DNA of 64,000 bases, from the NCBI RefSeq assembly GCF_009834535.1, contig NC_045707.1, positions 54,562,001 to 54,626,000 on the forward strand, given 5' to 3'. The stretch is from Camelus ferus (Eukaryota). The translations under genes were made by a program, and so were the position numbers. Numbering within the stretch: the first letter of the stretch is position 1; every line of letters begins with the position of its first letter. The notes under the pieces were generated by a model. It saw only the letters and a list, made by a program, of their open reading frames with translations. It was not told where the DNA came from and did no database searches. This document shows, piece after piece, positions 25,676 through 37,632 of the stretch.

Positions 25676-25725
25676 TCTTAATGATGAACTCTTAATGATG
25701 AAACACATTCAGCTTCATTCAGCAT
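25676..25725. repeat. Adjacent 14-bp and 10-bp tandem micro-duplications
   Basis: tcttaatgatgaac/tcttaatgatgaaa, then cattcagctt/cattcagcat. Confidence 0.85.
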
Positions 25726-26179
25726 CAAAATTAGATATTAAATATATTAACCAGTTTTTCCACTGGCTGCCAATGCAGAAAAACCAAAAATGAATCATTG
25801 AGAATGGCTTCAGTCACCATCAACCACAGCCAATATCTCAGGTTGCTATTTCTGCAATATATTCACTTTCAAATGTGGTGTTTGATTTCAAATTATAAAT
25901 CTTCTTTGCCATGAACCTAAAGAGAAAAATATACTCTGATATACTTATTTTGTTCCTTGGTTGTGGTTTTGGAGATTGTGAGATATTACCCTGACAGCTG
26001 TGGAAATTACTGTGGGCATAATTATATATGGTTTTGAAGTGTATTCTTTTCTTGAATATGTTACTGCATATAACACAGTATATATATGTATATATGTATA
26101 CACACATATGAAGAAGGAAACTTACTTTTCTTCCAATTTATTTTTTAATTAAAAATATTTTATTTCAATTATAGGCTCT

Positions 26180-26316
26180 TTTTAAAAAAAATTTGGTTGG
26201 GGGGGGAAGTAATTAGGTTTGTTTGTTTGCTTATTTTTTAATGGAGGTACAGGAGATTGAACCCAGGACCTTGTGCACGCTAAGTATTCACTCTACCACT
26301 GAGCTACACCCTCCCC
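26180..26316 (-). mobile_element. tRNA-derived SINE, camelid Vic-1-like, full length
   Basis: Reverse complement reads GGGGAGGGTGTAGCTCAGTGGTAGAG...GGTCCTGGGTTCAATCTCC-TGTACCTCCATT (Pol III A and B boxes), then AAACCTAATTACTTCCCCCCC and an A-rich tail. Confidence 0.85.
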
Positions 26317-26895
26317 TGGGTCTTATTTATTCTTGAAAACTTACATAGAGAAAGAAATTCTGAACCCATAACTAATACCCATGTCGACTCATTAAAAATA
26401 AAGCCAAAAAAAAGAAAAAGAAAACTTACATTTCCAGACCCTGTTTACCAGACCCTGAAAATGCATCCCCTAAAATTTTTTTGTATGAATTTAATCATTT
26501 TCTAGTTTCAAATTTTCAGAAGAGCCTACTCATACCTCTAAGATGGGAGAAATGGAATTTTCAATTTCAAGAATGCTTCAGAAAAACTTTTTTAAAAAGT
26601 TTCACCAATGAATTAATGAATAATTATATTATTATGATATCAAATTACATAGAATTAGCATGATGGATTTTTGGCCACATGCATTATTTTACAAATTGGT
26701 TCCAGGTTATAAAAATACTGTGAGAAAATAGGACAGATTTACACAGAAAGTCCCACGAAGAGATTCTGTTGGGGAGAAGCATATTTTATTTCACTGGCCT
26801 ACATTTACTTCCCTCGAAGAAACAAGTTTGAGTACTTGGGCGTATCTACACAGACTAGGTATAAAAGAAGAGAGGACTGTGGCAGTGATTTAGAG

Positions 26896-27052
26896 CTGTG
26901 AATCTCAAAGTTGAATGTGCATGCCTCTCTCTCAGGGAATTTAAAGTAAAGAATCTGATTCCACAGTTCTCGGATGAGGTCTAAGATTCTCCATTTCTAA
27001 CAAGGTACCAGATAATAACTCCTTTGCTCAGACCACACACTGAATAGCTAGG
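26896..27052. mobile_element. MER5A1-like hAT-Charlie MITE with 8-bp TSD
   Basis: ctgtgaatctcaaagttgaatgtgcat...catttctaacaag...gaccacacactgaatagctagg, flanked by ATTTAGAG at 26888-26895 and 27053-27060. Confidence 0.75.
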
Positions 27053-27060
27053 ATTTAGAG

Positions 27061-27217
27061 CAGTGGATCCTATGTCTGACTGCCCATCAAAGTTACCTTG
27101 GGGAGATTTTAACCAAAAGAGAGGCCTGTGCCATAATCCAGATCCAAATCCAGGTTACCCAGTGGGTCTCTGACATGTGTTCAGTTAATAAGCTCCACAC
27201 ATGATTCTGACTCACTG
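27061..27217. mobile_element. Second MER5-family MITE (MER5B/C-like)
   Basis: cagtgg...ctgactgcccatcaaagttaccttggggagatttt...aagctccacacatgattctga...cactg. Confidence 0.6.
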
Positions 27218-27479
27218 GCTTAGACTAGTGTCCTGAGAGTGTATGTAGGGGTAGGTGTGTGTTCGGGAGGAGTGTGGATGGGGTTCTCAAGTGGTGGAAG
27301 TATTTTATAGATCAAGAAAGAGATGGAGAGCTTTATTCTGAGCAGGTGTATCACTTGCTCTCAAAGCTTCTTTCCTCCCAGAGAAGCACAAATTGGTGAG
27401 GCAAAAAATTGACACATAGTCACAGACTCATTATTCAGAACTAAACCCAGAGACCTCTGAAATCAATTCCTAATTCTCT

Positions 27480-27915
27480 TCCCTTTCCAAACTCTGCTCC
27501 TGTCATAAGTGGCGTCTTTGTTGTTCCTGAAAATCCCTAAGCAAACCACCCCCAAATCTTGCACTAGATTCTTCCTCACTCTGGAATACTCTGCCCTCAA
27601 ATGTCCCATGCAGATTTCTTATCTCTTTCAAGTATTTGATCAAACATGGTCTCCTCAATAAGCCTCCTGACCAGCCTGTTCAGATGCCAACTTTCCACTA
27701 GTTCTGATCGTCCTTATTTGCTTCACTTTTTCTATTGCACATATCACATTCTGTCATTATCATTTATTATGTTTACTGGTCTTTTGTTTGTTTTGGTTCT
27801 CACTCCTCTTCACTATCACTAGAAGGTAGTGATGTAGGGAAGTTGTTGACAGATCTTGCCAAACTGCTAGAAAAATTCCTATTCCATACTATGTATTTTG
27901 TAAATGAATGAATGC
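27480..27915 (+). mobile_element. L2 LINE 3' end
   Basis: ctctggaatactctgccctc...ctttcaagtatttgatcaaacat; ends tattttgtaaatgaatgaatg. Confidence 0.7.
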
Positions 27916-30459
27916 ATATAAATCCGGGTGTCACTTCAGAGACGTCTTCCATGCCCCAGTAAAAGAAATGGCCACCTCCGAACTTCTCATCTTCATCCCT
28001 TTTTAATATAGCAGCCTATTATTTGACCTTATTATATATTCCTTACACTTTCTCTCTCATCTCACCTCCTCCTCTCTCTCCACATACATACACGTACATA
28101 TTTTTGTTTTTGAGTTTATTATTAGAACACAAATTCTTTAAGGATAGTGGCAGTATTTCAGAGGTATGTACTCAGCAAATATAACACCTCCTAGCATAGA
28201 GTAGATGGGTAGTAAATACTAGTTGACTCTTTCCAAAAAAAAAAATAAAATAAAAGAGGAGGGAGTATAAAGATGTTAGCCTCTCTGCATTGCTATAATG
28301 TAATGAATAGTTTCTGTCTTACATTTCTCTGGATAGAGAAACACTGTCTGGTGTTGATGGCTGATTTACTGCTCTTTTATTTAAGTGAGCAAAGGCAAAC
28401 AAATCAGTTAGACGTTTATTCCCAACCTTTATGCTATGATCTTTTCACCAAGCAAAGTTTAGCGTATGATTGTGTCCACTTGGTTTGCTTGCCAAAAAGC
28501 ACCCAGGTACTCAGATTCTCCCTCCCCAGCCATCTCGATTTCTTGGCTCCAAAAGGTGCATATCCAGAGTTCTGCTAATGAGGAATTGGCACTGCAAAAA
28601 GTCTGGTTCAGCCCAAGGCAAATTCACACAGCTGGCTAAAGTAATCGCATGGTGGGATGTTGTTTTTCTACTTAAATACACTTGTGGTCTATCAAGGGCT
28701 CACTATTTCATAGCTGTTTACTTTTGATCCAACAGGGTCTACATTTTCCATTATACAGCACTTCAGCTACCCTGTAGCTGCAGAGTTTGCCCGCACTGGC
28801 TTATACAACGCATTGATCCCTAGACTGACTAAACAGACTTGACGCTGGTGTCTGGGTGTTCTTTCCTGACCCAGGCCATCCAGTTGTGTTGATTTATTTG
28901 CATAGTTTGCGGCACAGAAGACCACACTCCGAAGATCCAAAGTTGGTTGTGCAATTTGTTATCCTTCTTGATGTAGCAGCAAACGCAAGTAAGTAAAGGA
29001 AAAAAAAAAAAGAGGCTCCAATCTCAACTTCAAAATCCAATAGCCTTATTTTTGACAGGTCTTGAAATACAAATCAAAGTAATCACTTCAGAGGTGACAA
29101 GATAGGAGCTAAATGTAGATCATTTTGGGTCTCTGGTTAAACCTCTTGCCTAACAATCTGTAGTCACTTTAATCACGCATTTGTTTACTAATTCACTCAA
29201 GAAGTTTTATTTAATCCTATAATATACACAGTGTTGTGCAAGATCCTTAGGGACAAAACCTCAACAATTCTAATTACACAAATTATGAAAAAAAGAAGAA
29301 GAAAAGGCCATGGATGTAGTGACTGTAATAAATTTAAATCCAATTCAGCAGTTATTAAGGTACCTATTTTATGCTCCAAATGTAACATCTGCACATACAT
29401 ACAGATAATTATTTGTTGGTTTGACCAATTATTAGCTGCATACTGAGTACACATGAATTTGAAAGCTACAGTTTGGGCTTAGAACAATCCTAGAACATTA
29501 GGGGGGGAAAGCATGCTTTATAGCACCATTTCTTTGCAAAGGAAGAGTTGATAATGAAAAAAAGACAGTAATCTTTTTTTTAATGTATTTGGAATATAGT
29601 TTTTGGCAGAATGTGTTAGGATTTTGTGATGGTTGTGGTGGTAGAAGTGGGATTACAAAGATAAACCATCAGCTCACCTTCAAGGAATTGGTAATCCTTA
29701 TGAATTATAAGGACCATCTCCAAGGTCTCAGTTTACTCACTTTAGCACTCTCAAAGGCAGACATGGTAATCACACACACTCCACTGGACTGTATTGTTCA
29801 AAAACCCATTTCAGGCTGATGTGCATTTTGATACATTGTGGGATATGTGCTCACTGGTAGCCAGGCAGGGATCAGAGCCTGCCTGACTTTCCAGTTGTGC
29901 AGTTAGCCGGTGAGATGGTGGTTTGGAAGGAGAATAGTTCCGTCATACTGTCAACCTGGAGGAGGCAGATCAAATGTCATATGACTTGGATCATTTGGAT
30001 AGCAGGTCAGAGCTAACTTGCCCTAAATTAAAAACAAACAAAAAAATAAAGGCCAGCCTCATTCACCCTGCACTTCACCAACATTAGGACTCCACCTCCG
30101 TCCTTTCTCTTCTGGAACATAATTTGAGAAACTGTGCTGGGGTTCTGTCCCACATTCTTTTTATTCTCCCACATGTCTTTTTCTGTCAAATTTGACCTTA
30201 ATGGTCCATTGAATAATTGACTAAATAATTATTCCCAGGGAACAAGAAGAAATCTGTTCTTCAAACACTTTTGCATCATTAAGAAATACTTTCATTCTCT
30301 TCTGGATGATGATGCTGTTGGAGGGGTACTTCTCCCTGAGGAAGATTAATCTTAGCATGGGGTGTTTTTAAAATCACACTAGCTCCTGAGAGTCAGTCAG
30401 GAGTTGGAATTTTGTGGAGTAGGTTTTCAGTTGTCACCATCATTTTGCATGGCTAGCAT

Positions 30460-31120
30460 TCAGGGGCCTTACATTAGAGTGCCAGAAATCCTGGAATGTG
30501 GGGGGAGTCCCATATAACAATTTATTTTACTGTGTTCTAATGGCTTTTAAATATTTCCATAGTCAATCTTGCAGATGGAAAAACTCATTTATAATTATTT
30601 GAGACTAGAACCTCCCTTCATTTTACATATAAACACAATGGATATTTTTGCATAGTTTTAATGGACACTGAATTTTGTAGGAATGTTAACTATTGTATGA
30701 ATCAAGGGAAAATTATACACTGTTCTGTTTGGGAATATACCAAGAGTGTTTCATATTGTGGGAAATAAAATAAATAACAGTAACTCCAAGATAATATTTC
30801 ATACAATATAACATGCACAATATGAATGAGCTTCTGTGGTTATGAATCCACTGTTATTCCCCATATAGACACAACCGTCTGACCACTCCATGTCCGTGAG
30901 TATAGACCTGCCTGAGTATTGACAGAGGAAAAGAAAGCTGGCCTTCATTACGAATTATTTTCATTTTATTTTCTAAATGCCAAAGTTTGAGCAGTGGAGA
31001 GATAATTTTTAACTCTATCGAGGTAAGTAGTTATTTTATCTACGAATTTAATTTTAAGAAGGTAGTGGGGAATTGGAACATTATAAAAAAGAGTATGTAC
31101 CTGAAGAATTTGAAAACCGT
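30460..31120. mobile_element. BLACKJACK (hAT) DNA transposon fossil
   Basis: ttataattatttgagactagaacc...ttttacatataaacacaa...cactgaattttgtaggaatg...aatcaagggaaaatt matches recalled BLACKJACK sequence. Confidence 0.6.
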
Positions 31121-32324
31121 AATACTGATTCAACAAAAAAATTCTTAAAACTTACATTTCTCTATTAAAATCATTTCAAATTTCATATCTTGCTACACAT
31201 AAAATCTGGTAGAGAGCACATAAAAATGGAACAGGTTGTTAAGGCAAAGAAAACAAATTACGGCAAAGTATGTGGCATTATAAAGAACAAAGGACCAGTG
31301 GGATCACAGAGGAAGGAGAAACAGGCCTTGAAGGATGAGTTGAGTTAACCCATGGGGATGGGGGGAAAATGAGGGACCAGCAAGGAGGGGTCACAAAGAA
31401 GATCAAGTATAGGAGGTATTTAGAAAAAGGTAAATGATTCCTATTTGGGGAGTAAATGATTTTGGTAGATACACACTCAGTTTCTTGATGAACACAGATC
31501 ACAGACAGAAATAACATTCGGAACTTCTCATGTAGAACAGAAAAGAATGAATGTAGGGGAAAGACTGAGAAGAAGTTACTGGAAACAAATTAGACCAATG
31601 CCAAGAGGACAATAAAGTGAGTGAAAAGTGAGCATACTATTAGTCAGGTTCCTTTAAATTAAGAATATTTGTGTCTTTTGCACCATAGAAATAATTAAGC
31701 ATTTCCTCTTTACTCTGTTGAGATTCTCGTGGCTGTTGCTTCTAAGATCTCTGAGAAACCAGTGGAAAATCTTCTCCACAATGTTTGGCTTCTCTTTTCA
31801 GTAGCCTCTCTTCATCTTAGATCTTAACCTGAAACTCCCAGTTCCTAGTTGAACCCTACCTTCAAGAAAGCCTAGCTTGAGAGTTGCCTTCCATTCTTTT
31901 CTGAAAGTTTGGATTTTCTCTTCAGCGAGTTTCAGGTTTTCTCCCCAGTAACTGAGGAGGCAGGAACTGCACCTGTTCTTTTTCAGTCCTGCCAGGTACG
32001 TGATAGGCTCACAAATTATTTTGTTAAATGAAGAGATGAAAAATTTCATAAATAACCACACAAATAGAGAGAACCCAAAACAGTCACCAAATTAACAACA
32101 ACAACAACAACAAAAAACAAATGGAACTAACATTTCAGAAAGCATGATATACATCTAAAGAAAAGTCTAACACTGTTGTTGTTACAGTCAGTTCCAGGCA
32201 ATAACATGTTTGTTACAGGCTGGGAAAATCATAAATAAGGAATAAGTTATCACTATCACAGAAAATTTGAAAAGTGTTTGCATTGAAATTGGTGACTAAA
32301 CTAACATATATTATTGCATATGTA

Positions 32325-32353
32325 GTGTGTGTGTGTGTGTGTACAGAGAGAGA
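32325..32353. repeat. (TG)n plus (AG)n microsatellite
   Basis: Seen directly. Confidence 0.85.
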
Positions 32354-34089
32354 GTATGTTTAGAAGTATAGTATCCTATGCTGCTAAAAAAGGTGAGTTC
32401 TGGGGACAAACTTTGAGTTCAAATCCTGTCTTCAGATGTTTCAGCAAATTACTTACTTCCCATAGGTCACTGCTTTGTATGGAGGTAAGTGTTACCTTTT
32501 AGGTTTATTGTAAAGTTATTATGTGTAAAGTGTTCACAACAGTGCTCCCTGTATTATTACTATTAAAGTTATTTTTATATAACACACAAGAAAGTGAAAC
32601 TTGACATTAAAAACTACAACTGTTACAGACCATTGGGTGTTTACTTATCAACCTTTTCTAGTCTGACTATCAGCATGTGACCTTTGAAACCAAGAGTAAG
32701 AGAGAAGGCATGTGGAGGAAGATCTGAAATCACAAAAGGATTTTTTTTTTCTCAAGATACGTCTGCCTCAAATCTATAGATTTAGAGTAAGTAGGATAAC
32801 TTTTATTTTTACCTTTGAAAGTTTTTATACTACCATCTTTCTTTGCTATATTGTTCTTACCAAAAAATCATACTGTAGTATGAAGCTAAATCATTTATTA
32901 CATAGTTTATCAACTCTGGATAATGGAATCTAAGGCAGGTCCATAAATCAAATGTAGACAGGAGTAACTTGAAATTTTCGGAGCACATACAAATGCCAAA
33001 ATGACAACCAAAACCTCTCTATAGGTCTTTCAAAATGGAACACATTTTGTTTTCTTCTTTTTATTATTTGACTATTCATTTCTTCAAGTTCAAGATGGAA
33101 AATTCCATTCAATTCTTTTAGAATTGGCAATAAAGACTTTGTTAACATCACAGGCTTAAAAAAATCATAACTCCATTCAAAATATATCTGAACCACAAGT
33201 TCTCATAGAAAATGAAAAACAGAAAACAAAAAACAACTGTGTGGTTTTTATTCAGGTTTTGTACATGAGATCAGGGAAATAAATATATCATAAAAAGGAT
33301 GAACTTTGGAAAGCAACAAATGTCAAATCGTATTCTTTCAGCTGCCTAGTAGGAGCACATCTTTAAACTGTCAAATTCCAAACTGTACTTTTTTGGAGGT
33401 GGTGTATTTTAAGTAGTATTTATTTCTACTTGTTACAGACCATTTACCATTGATTTCACTTGATGAATATTTTTCAAGCTTATAAATAATTCAATCTTAA
33501 TTTTTTCCCCATTTTTAGCTATAGTTATGTCTTTACTAAGCACTTATGTCAACTAGGACTTCACATTTAAGTGCTCTATGACGGGCTTTCAGGTAGTTAT
33601 AAACATGTTCCATAGTGTTCTTTCCCCCTCATAACTTGTGTTTCATTTCATTCTGGCAAAGCTGGTTCTGATTTGAATTTCATTTTTTTTGTATTTCATT
33701 ATATTAACCTTTTAAACTTTCTACTCTCATAACTTCCCCTTTTCTAGTTCTTTCCAAACACTAGTCTTAATCTTTTTTTTTTAATAATGCTATTATTTTT
33801 CTTTTTCTTCTTATGGTTGTGCTCTGTTTCTCTGTCTAACATTCTTTAACTTTTTTCATTTTTAATAATTCTTCTTTGTGCATTCCTGCACAGGTAGGGA
33901 CTCAAAAACTATTGACTGCTTGATGGAATTCCTGCATAAAACCAATCTAAAACAACTATTATATATTATGTTAAAAAACATTCAGGCACTTATTTAGGTA
34001 ACTTGGCTAATTTTTGGTAAATTTCTAGAGACAAGATTGATAGACTCATTTTTATTACAATGCTTTGGCACGAGGTATACAAGATCAAT

Positions 34090-34232
34090 AATGGTGGGGG
34101 AATTGGGGAGATGTCAAAGAGCAGAAACTTGCATCTAGAAGATGAATAGGTTCTGGAGACCTATAGCATAGTGACTATAATTAACAATACTGTATTCTAT
34201 TCTTCAAAATTGCTAAGAAACTAGATCTTAAA
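34090..34232 (+). mobile_element. L1MA-type 3'UTR fragment
   Basis: gatgaataggttctggagacct...gtgactataattaacaatactgtatt...aaattgctaagaaactagatcttaaa. Confidence 0.75.
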
Positions 34233-34759
34233 ATTGATAGTGCCAGATTAGCTGGCTTTTGTATTATTTATTGATTTCATTGTAGTGGTATTCTATTATT
34301 TTCATATTTTCCTATTAGGTTTACAGATTTACACATTTATATATAAAAGGCTTGAAGGTATCATTTTGTATTCAGGAGTATTAGAGGAATAAAAATTATT
34401 TTATTCAGAATTTTCTGAAAAATTTGGTATCTTGTTTTAAGGAGTTGGCCTTAAACAAAGATAACTGAGAAATTCTTAAAGTAACATAAAAGCCATTAGG
34501 CATATAAAATATTTCCAGTCCCAAAAAAGAAAAGAACAAGGAATAGTCTTATTCTTGGATTTTTCACACATTTGTCAAAAACTTATCAAACAAAAAAGAA
34601 AATCTTATCTTTATTTTTTCCTTTCAAAATAACATTTATCTTTTCACAACTAGTTCGTATTTCGTTAATCCAGTACTTTCCATTAGTTTTATAAAAATGG
34701 AGTAAAATGATCATCAACCCTATTGAAAATCACACTGTACACAATGTGTTTTATTGGTG

Positions 34760-35060
34760 GAAGAAATTAATTACATATAGATGTGTAGCTCCTATTGGAC
34801 CAACGATACCATAGGTAATAACTACAAACCCTGGAAATAATTGGAAACAATGTATAAAACAACTACTTGAAGGCTGGAGAGTGGACAAAAGTAGGTAGAT
34901 TCTGAAGAAGAGGTTACACTTGGAAGGAGAGAATGACACTAGTGAATTTCCTATTTTTACAGCTTTTACCCTAAGGGCAGGTCCCAGACTACACATTGTG
35001 GGTTAGTTAAACTTCAATGGAGAGTCCTCTTTCTTGCTGTCTTGAAGCACAGGACAGGGT
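34760..35060 (+). mobile_element. Ancient L1 5' region fragment (L1MD/L1M4-like)
   Basis: aacaactacttgaaggctggagagtggacaaaagtaggtagattctg...tttttacagcttttaccctaagggcagg. Confidence 0.5.
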
Positions 35061-35091
35061 TTAGGGCCAAACTTCCTGGAGAATTTGCAGT

Positions 35092-35161
35092 AGATATCGG
35101 TATCTATATCTATATCTATATCTATATCTATATCTATATCCGTATCTATATCTATCTATCT
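35092..35161. repeat. (TATATC)n hexanucleotide microsatellite
   Basis: About 10 units with two CG-interrupted variants. Confidence 0.95.
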
Positions 35162-35599
35162 CCTGAAGTCTTTATAGGGAAGTGTACTGTCGTCTGCAAC
35201 TAACTTTTTAGTGTGTCAAAGTAATATAGGTTGTTGGATGACTAGAGTGATTAATTGATGAACTGATATGTGATAAAGCAAGTGTAACAAAATATTACTA
35301 TTTACTAGGTCTACGGGTATTGACTGCAAAACTTTTCTCAAGTTTTCTCTGTGTTGGAAAATTTTTATTATAATATGTTAAGGAAAAAAATAAATATAGA
35401 AATACATTTTCTTTTAGTTATTTATTTGTTTTTAACATACTTTAGCCTAATGCATGCACACTCTTGATCATTCTCATTGATGATAAAACAAGACAATTGT
35501 GAACTATTGACATTTTCATCAATAAACATATAAGCATTAAAGTACTTACGTACATTTGTATACAGTTAAAGTGGGAAATGAGTCCTTGGTCTACTAAGA

Positions 35600-35940
35600 T
35601 CAAGGAAGACTAGAATAAAAACATGCAGAATGCATGCCAGCAGTTTGAAAGATAATTCTGAATAATTACTGAGAACCCTTTAAAGAAATTCTGCATTATG
35701 GAAGTTGGTAATGGCACAGAGGTTGATAGTGTGTGTAAGAAATAGATATCAGTCTATTTGAGTTGAAAAAGAATTCTGAAAAGTCAGACTGAAGAAGTTT
35801 CAGGTACATATGATAAAGCCCACAAGGAATTCTAAAATAAGACTGCTAATTGCTAATGTGATTATTTTCTTTCTTAGTGATATATAATGTGACAGTGCAT
35901 TTTACATCAGATGACATTTTGGAATTAATGAAATCAGGTA
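35600..35940. mobile_element. TcMar-Tigger fossil end (Tigger12/13-like)
   Basis: Terminal gaattaatgaaatcaggta and internal aaagaaattctgcat...gatggcacagaggttgat-like motifs. Confidence 0.4.
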
Positions 35941-36420
35941 TTTATGAATTCCTACTATGTTCTAGACATCAAGCTATAGTAGGTGTTAGAAAGAGGCTGA
36001 TTGATACAACACAATCCCTGTCACTGAAAAGTGCAAATTTGGGAAGGAAATATACCAGGTACACAAATATCATCAATAATACAGTTATCTCACGTGAGTT
36101 CACTCTGTGGGAAAATCCAAACTTACCTGGTCATGTCTGGGAAAATTTCCAAGAAGAAGTGATACATATTTAGTTACAAAGGGTGATTATCAATTCACCT
36201 GTTTGAGAAGACAGGAAGACAGGAAAGGGCTGTCTACAAAAATAAGCAGAAACTCCCTAAACATAAAAGCATGAAGGAACAGAGTGTTTCAAAAGTGATG
36301 ACATCTTTCATATGTGAGAATGTGAGAGTTGTGGGAGGCAGTCGTGTACCACGAAGGTAAGTTAGAGTAACTGTTGTAATATGTTGTATGTCATGGTAAG
36401 TATTTAGTCTTATTATTGTA
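35941..36420 (-). mobile_element. L2 LINE fragment
   Basis: tttatgaattcctactatgttctagacat...acacaatccctg...tgggaaaatttccaagaagaagtgata. Confidence 0.55.
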
Positions 36421-36729
36421 GGCCAGATGTTCCCAAACTGTGGAGCTGGAATAGCTGCTTCAAGGGGAAGAACTGATAAAAATAAGACCATTCTCTTATT
36501 TAGTTCTTACAGTCAAAAGACACATTATCCCATTGCCTTTTATTTTTAGGTATAAGCAACAATTTCTTATGAGTAATCAGATGAGTTATTGAGAGCTACT
36601 CACACTGTATTCATACAATGAAGTTACAATACTGCTAGAGTTTCTGAGAACAAAAGTCCAATATTCTACCATGTATCAAGCTACCATTTGATTGGTGTGA
36701 GAGCTGTACATTTTTCAGGACACAGGCAC

Positions 36730-37335
36730 AGGAATTGTAATTCCTACAGATTGAAGAAGAACTGCATATACCTATATATTAGGAACCTCATTTTTATTGA
36801 CTACTGTTTTTTTCATCCTTTAGATATGTGGCATCCCAATTTTCCTGCAGAAAATGAAATATGTTCCAAGATCAGTCTGTGATGATTTGGCTGCTTTGGT
36901 TCAACTTCTAGATCCTGGATAGGTATGCACATTAGACCAAGCCAAGCAGAACATCACACTGTGCTGGTCACATTGAATGCTTCAGGATGGTTTTATAACA
37001 ATTTAACAGAGATACAGGCTAGGCCATCTGTGGAAGTACATCTCTCTCTTCTCTCCCCTCCCTCTTTCCTTTCCTCTCTGGAATTTAACCTGGCAGATAT
37101 GATCTTATAGCTGCTGAGAACCATCTTGATACCAAATGAAGCCTAAATATAGAAGCCACGTTAGAGGAAAATGTAACTGCAAGTGGGCGGAGATGGCATT
37201 GCATGTGCCCTTGAATTAAGCTATTCTTGAAGTAATTTATGCTCTTAGGCCTGTCAGATCTGTTAACCAATAAATGTTCCTTTTGCTCAATCCAGTTTGG
37301 ATTCTGTTTTCTGATATTCACAACAGAAAGAGTTA
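36730..37335 (+). mobile_element. MaLR LTR (MLT1K/L-like)
   Basis: 3' end ccaataaatgttccttttgctcaatccagtttggatt...ttctg...cacaacagaaagagt. Confidence 0.65.
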
Positions 37336-37399
37336 CAATACAGATATTTTGTTTTCAGTGTATTTGTAGAATTTTCTTGAGAAATCTTAGTTTCCAGTT

Positions 37400-37632
37400 T
37401 TTCCTGTGTAAGCCTTGGTTTCAAACAGCCTGGTGTAAGTCCACATTCTGCCATTCTGTCGTGCAATCTGATGCCCAGTTACAAAACTTCATTGTGCCTC
37501 AGTCTTCTTGGTAGTAAATTGGCAACAAAAATACACCTTACTGATAGTGGTTTTGTGAGGAATAAATGAGATGATAAATGTAAGGTGCTTATTAAGGTGT
37601 CTTTCACATGTTAAATAAATGTTAGCTATTTT
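37400..37632 (+). mobile_element. MIR SINE
   Basis: gtgcctcagtcttc...gtaaattgg...ttgtgaggaataaatgagatgataaatgtaaggtgctta...aaatgttagctatt. Confidence 0.8.

Noticed and set aside
26240..26316. tRNA gene
   Set aside because: Continues into a SINE body and tail, and a second diverged copy exists; it is a tRNA-derived SINE.
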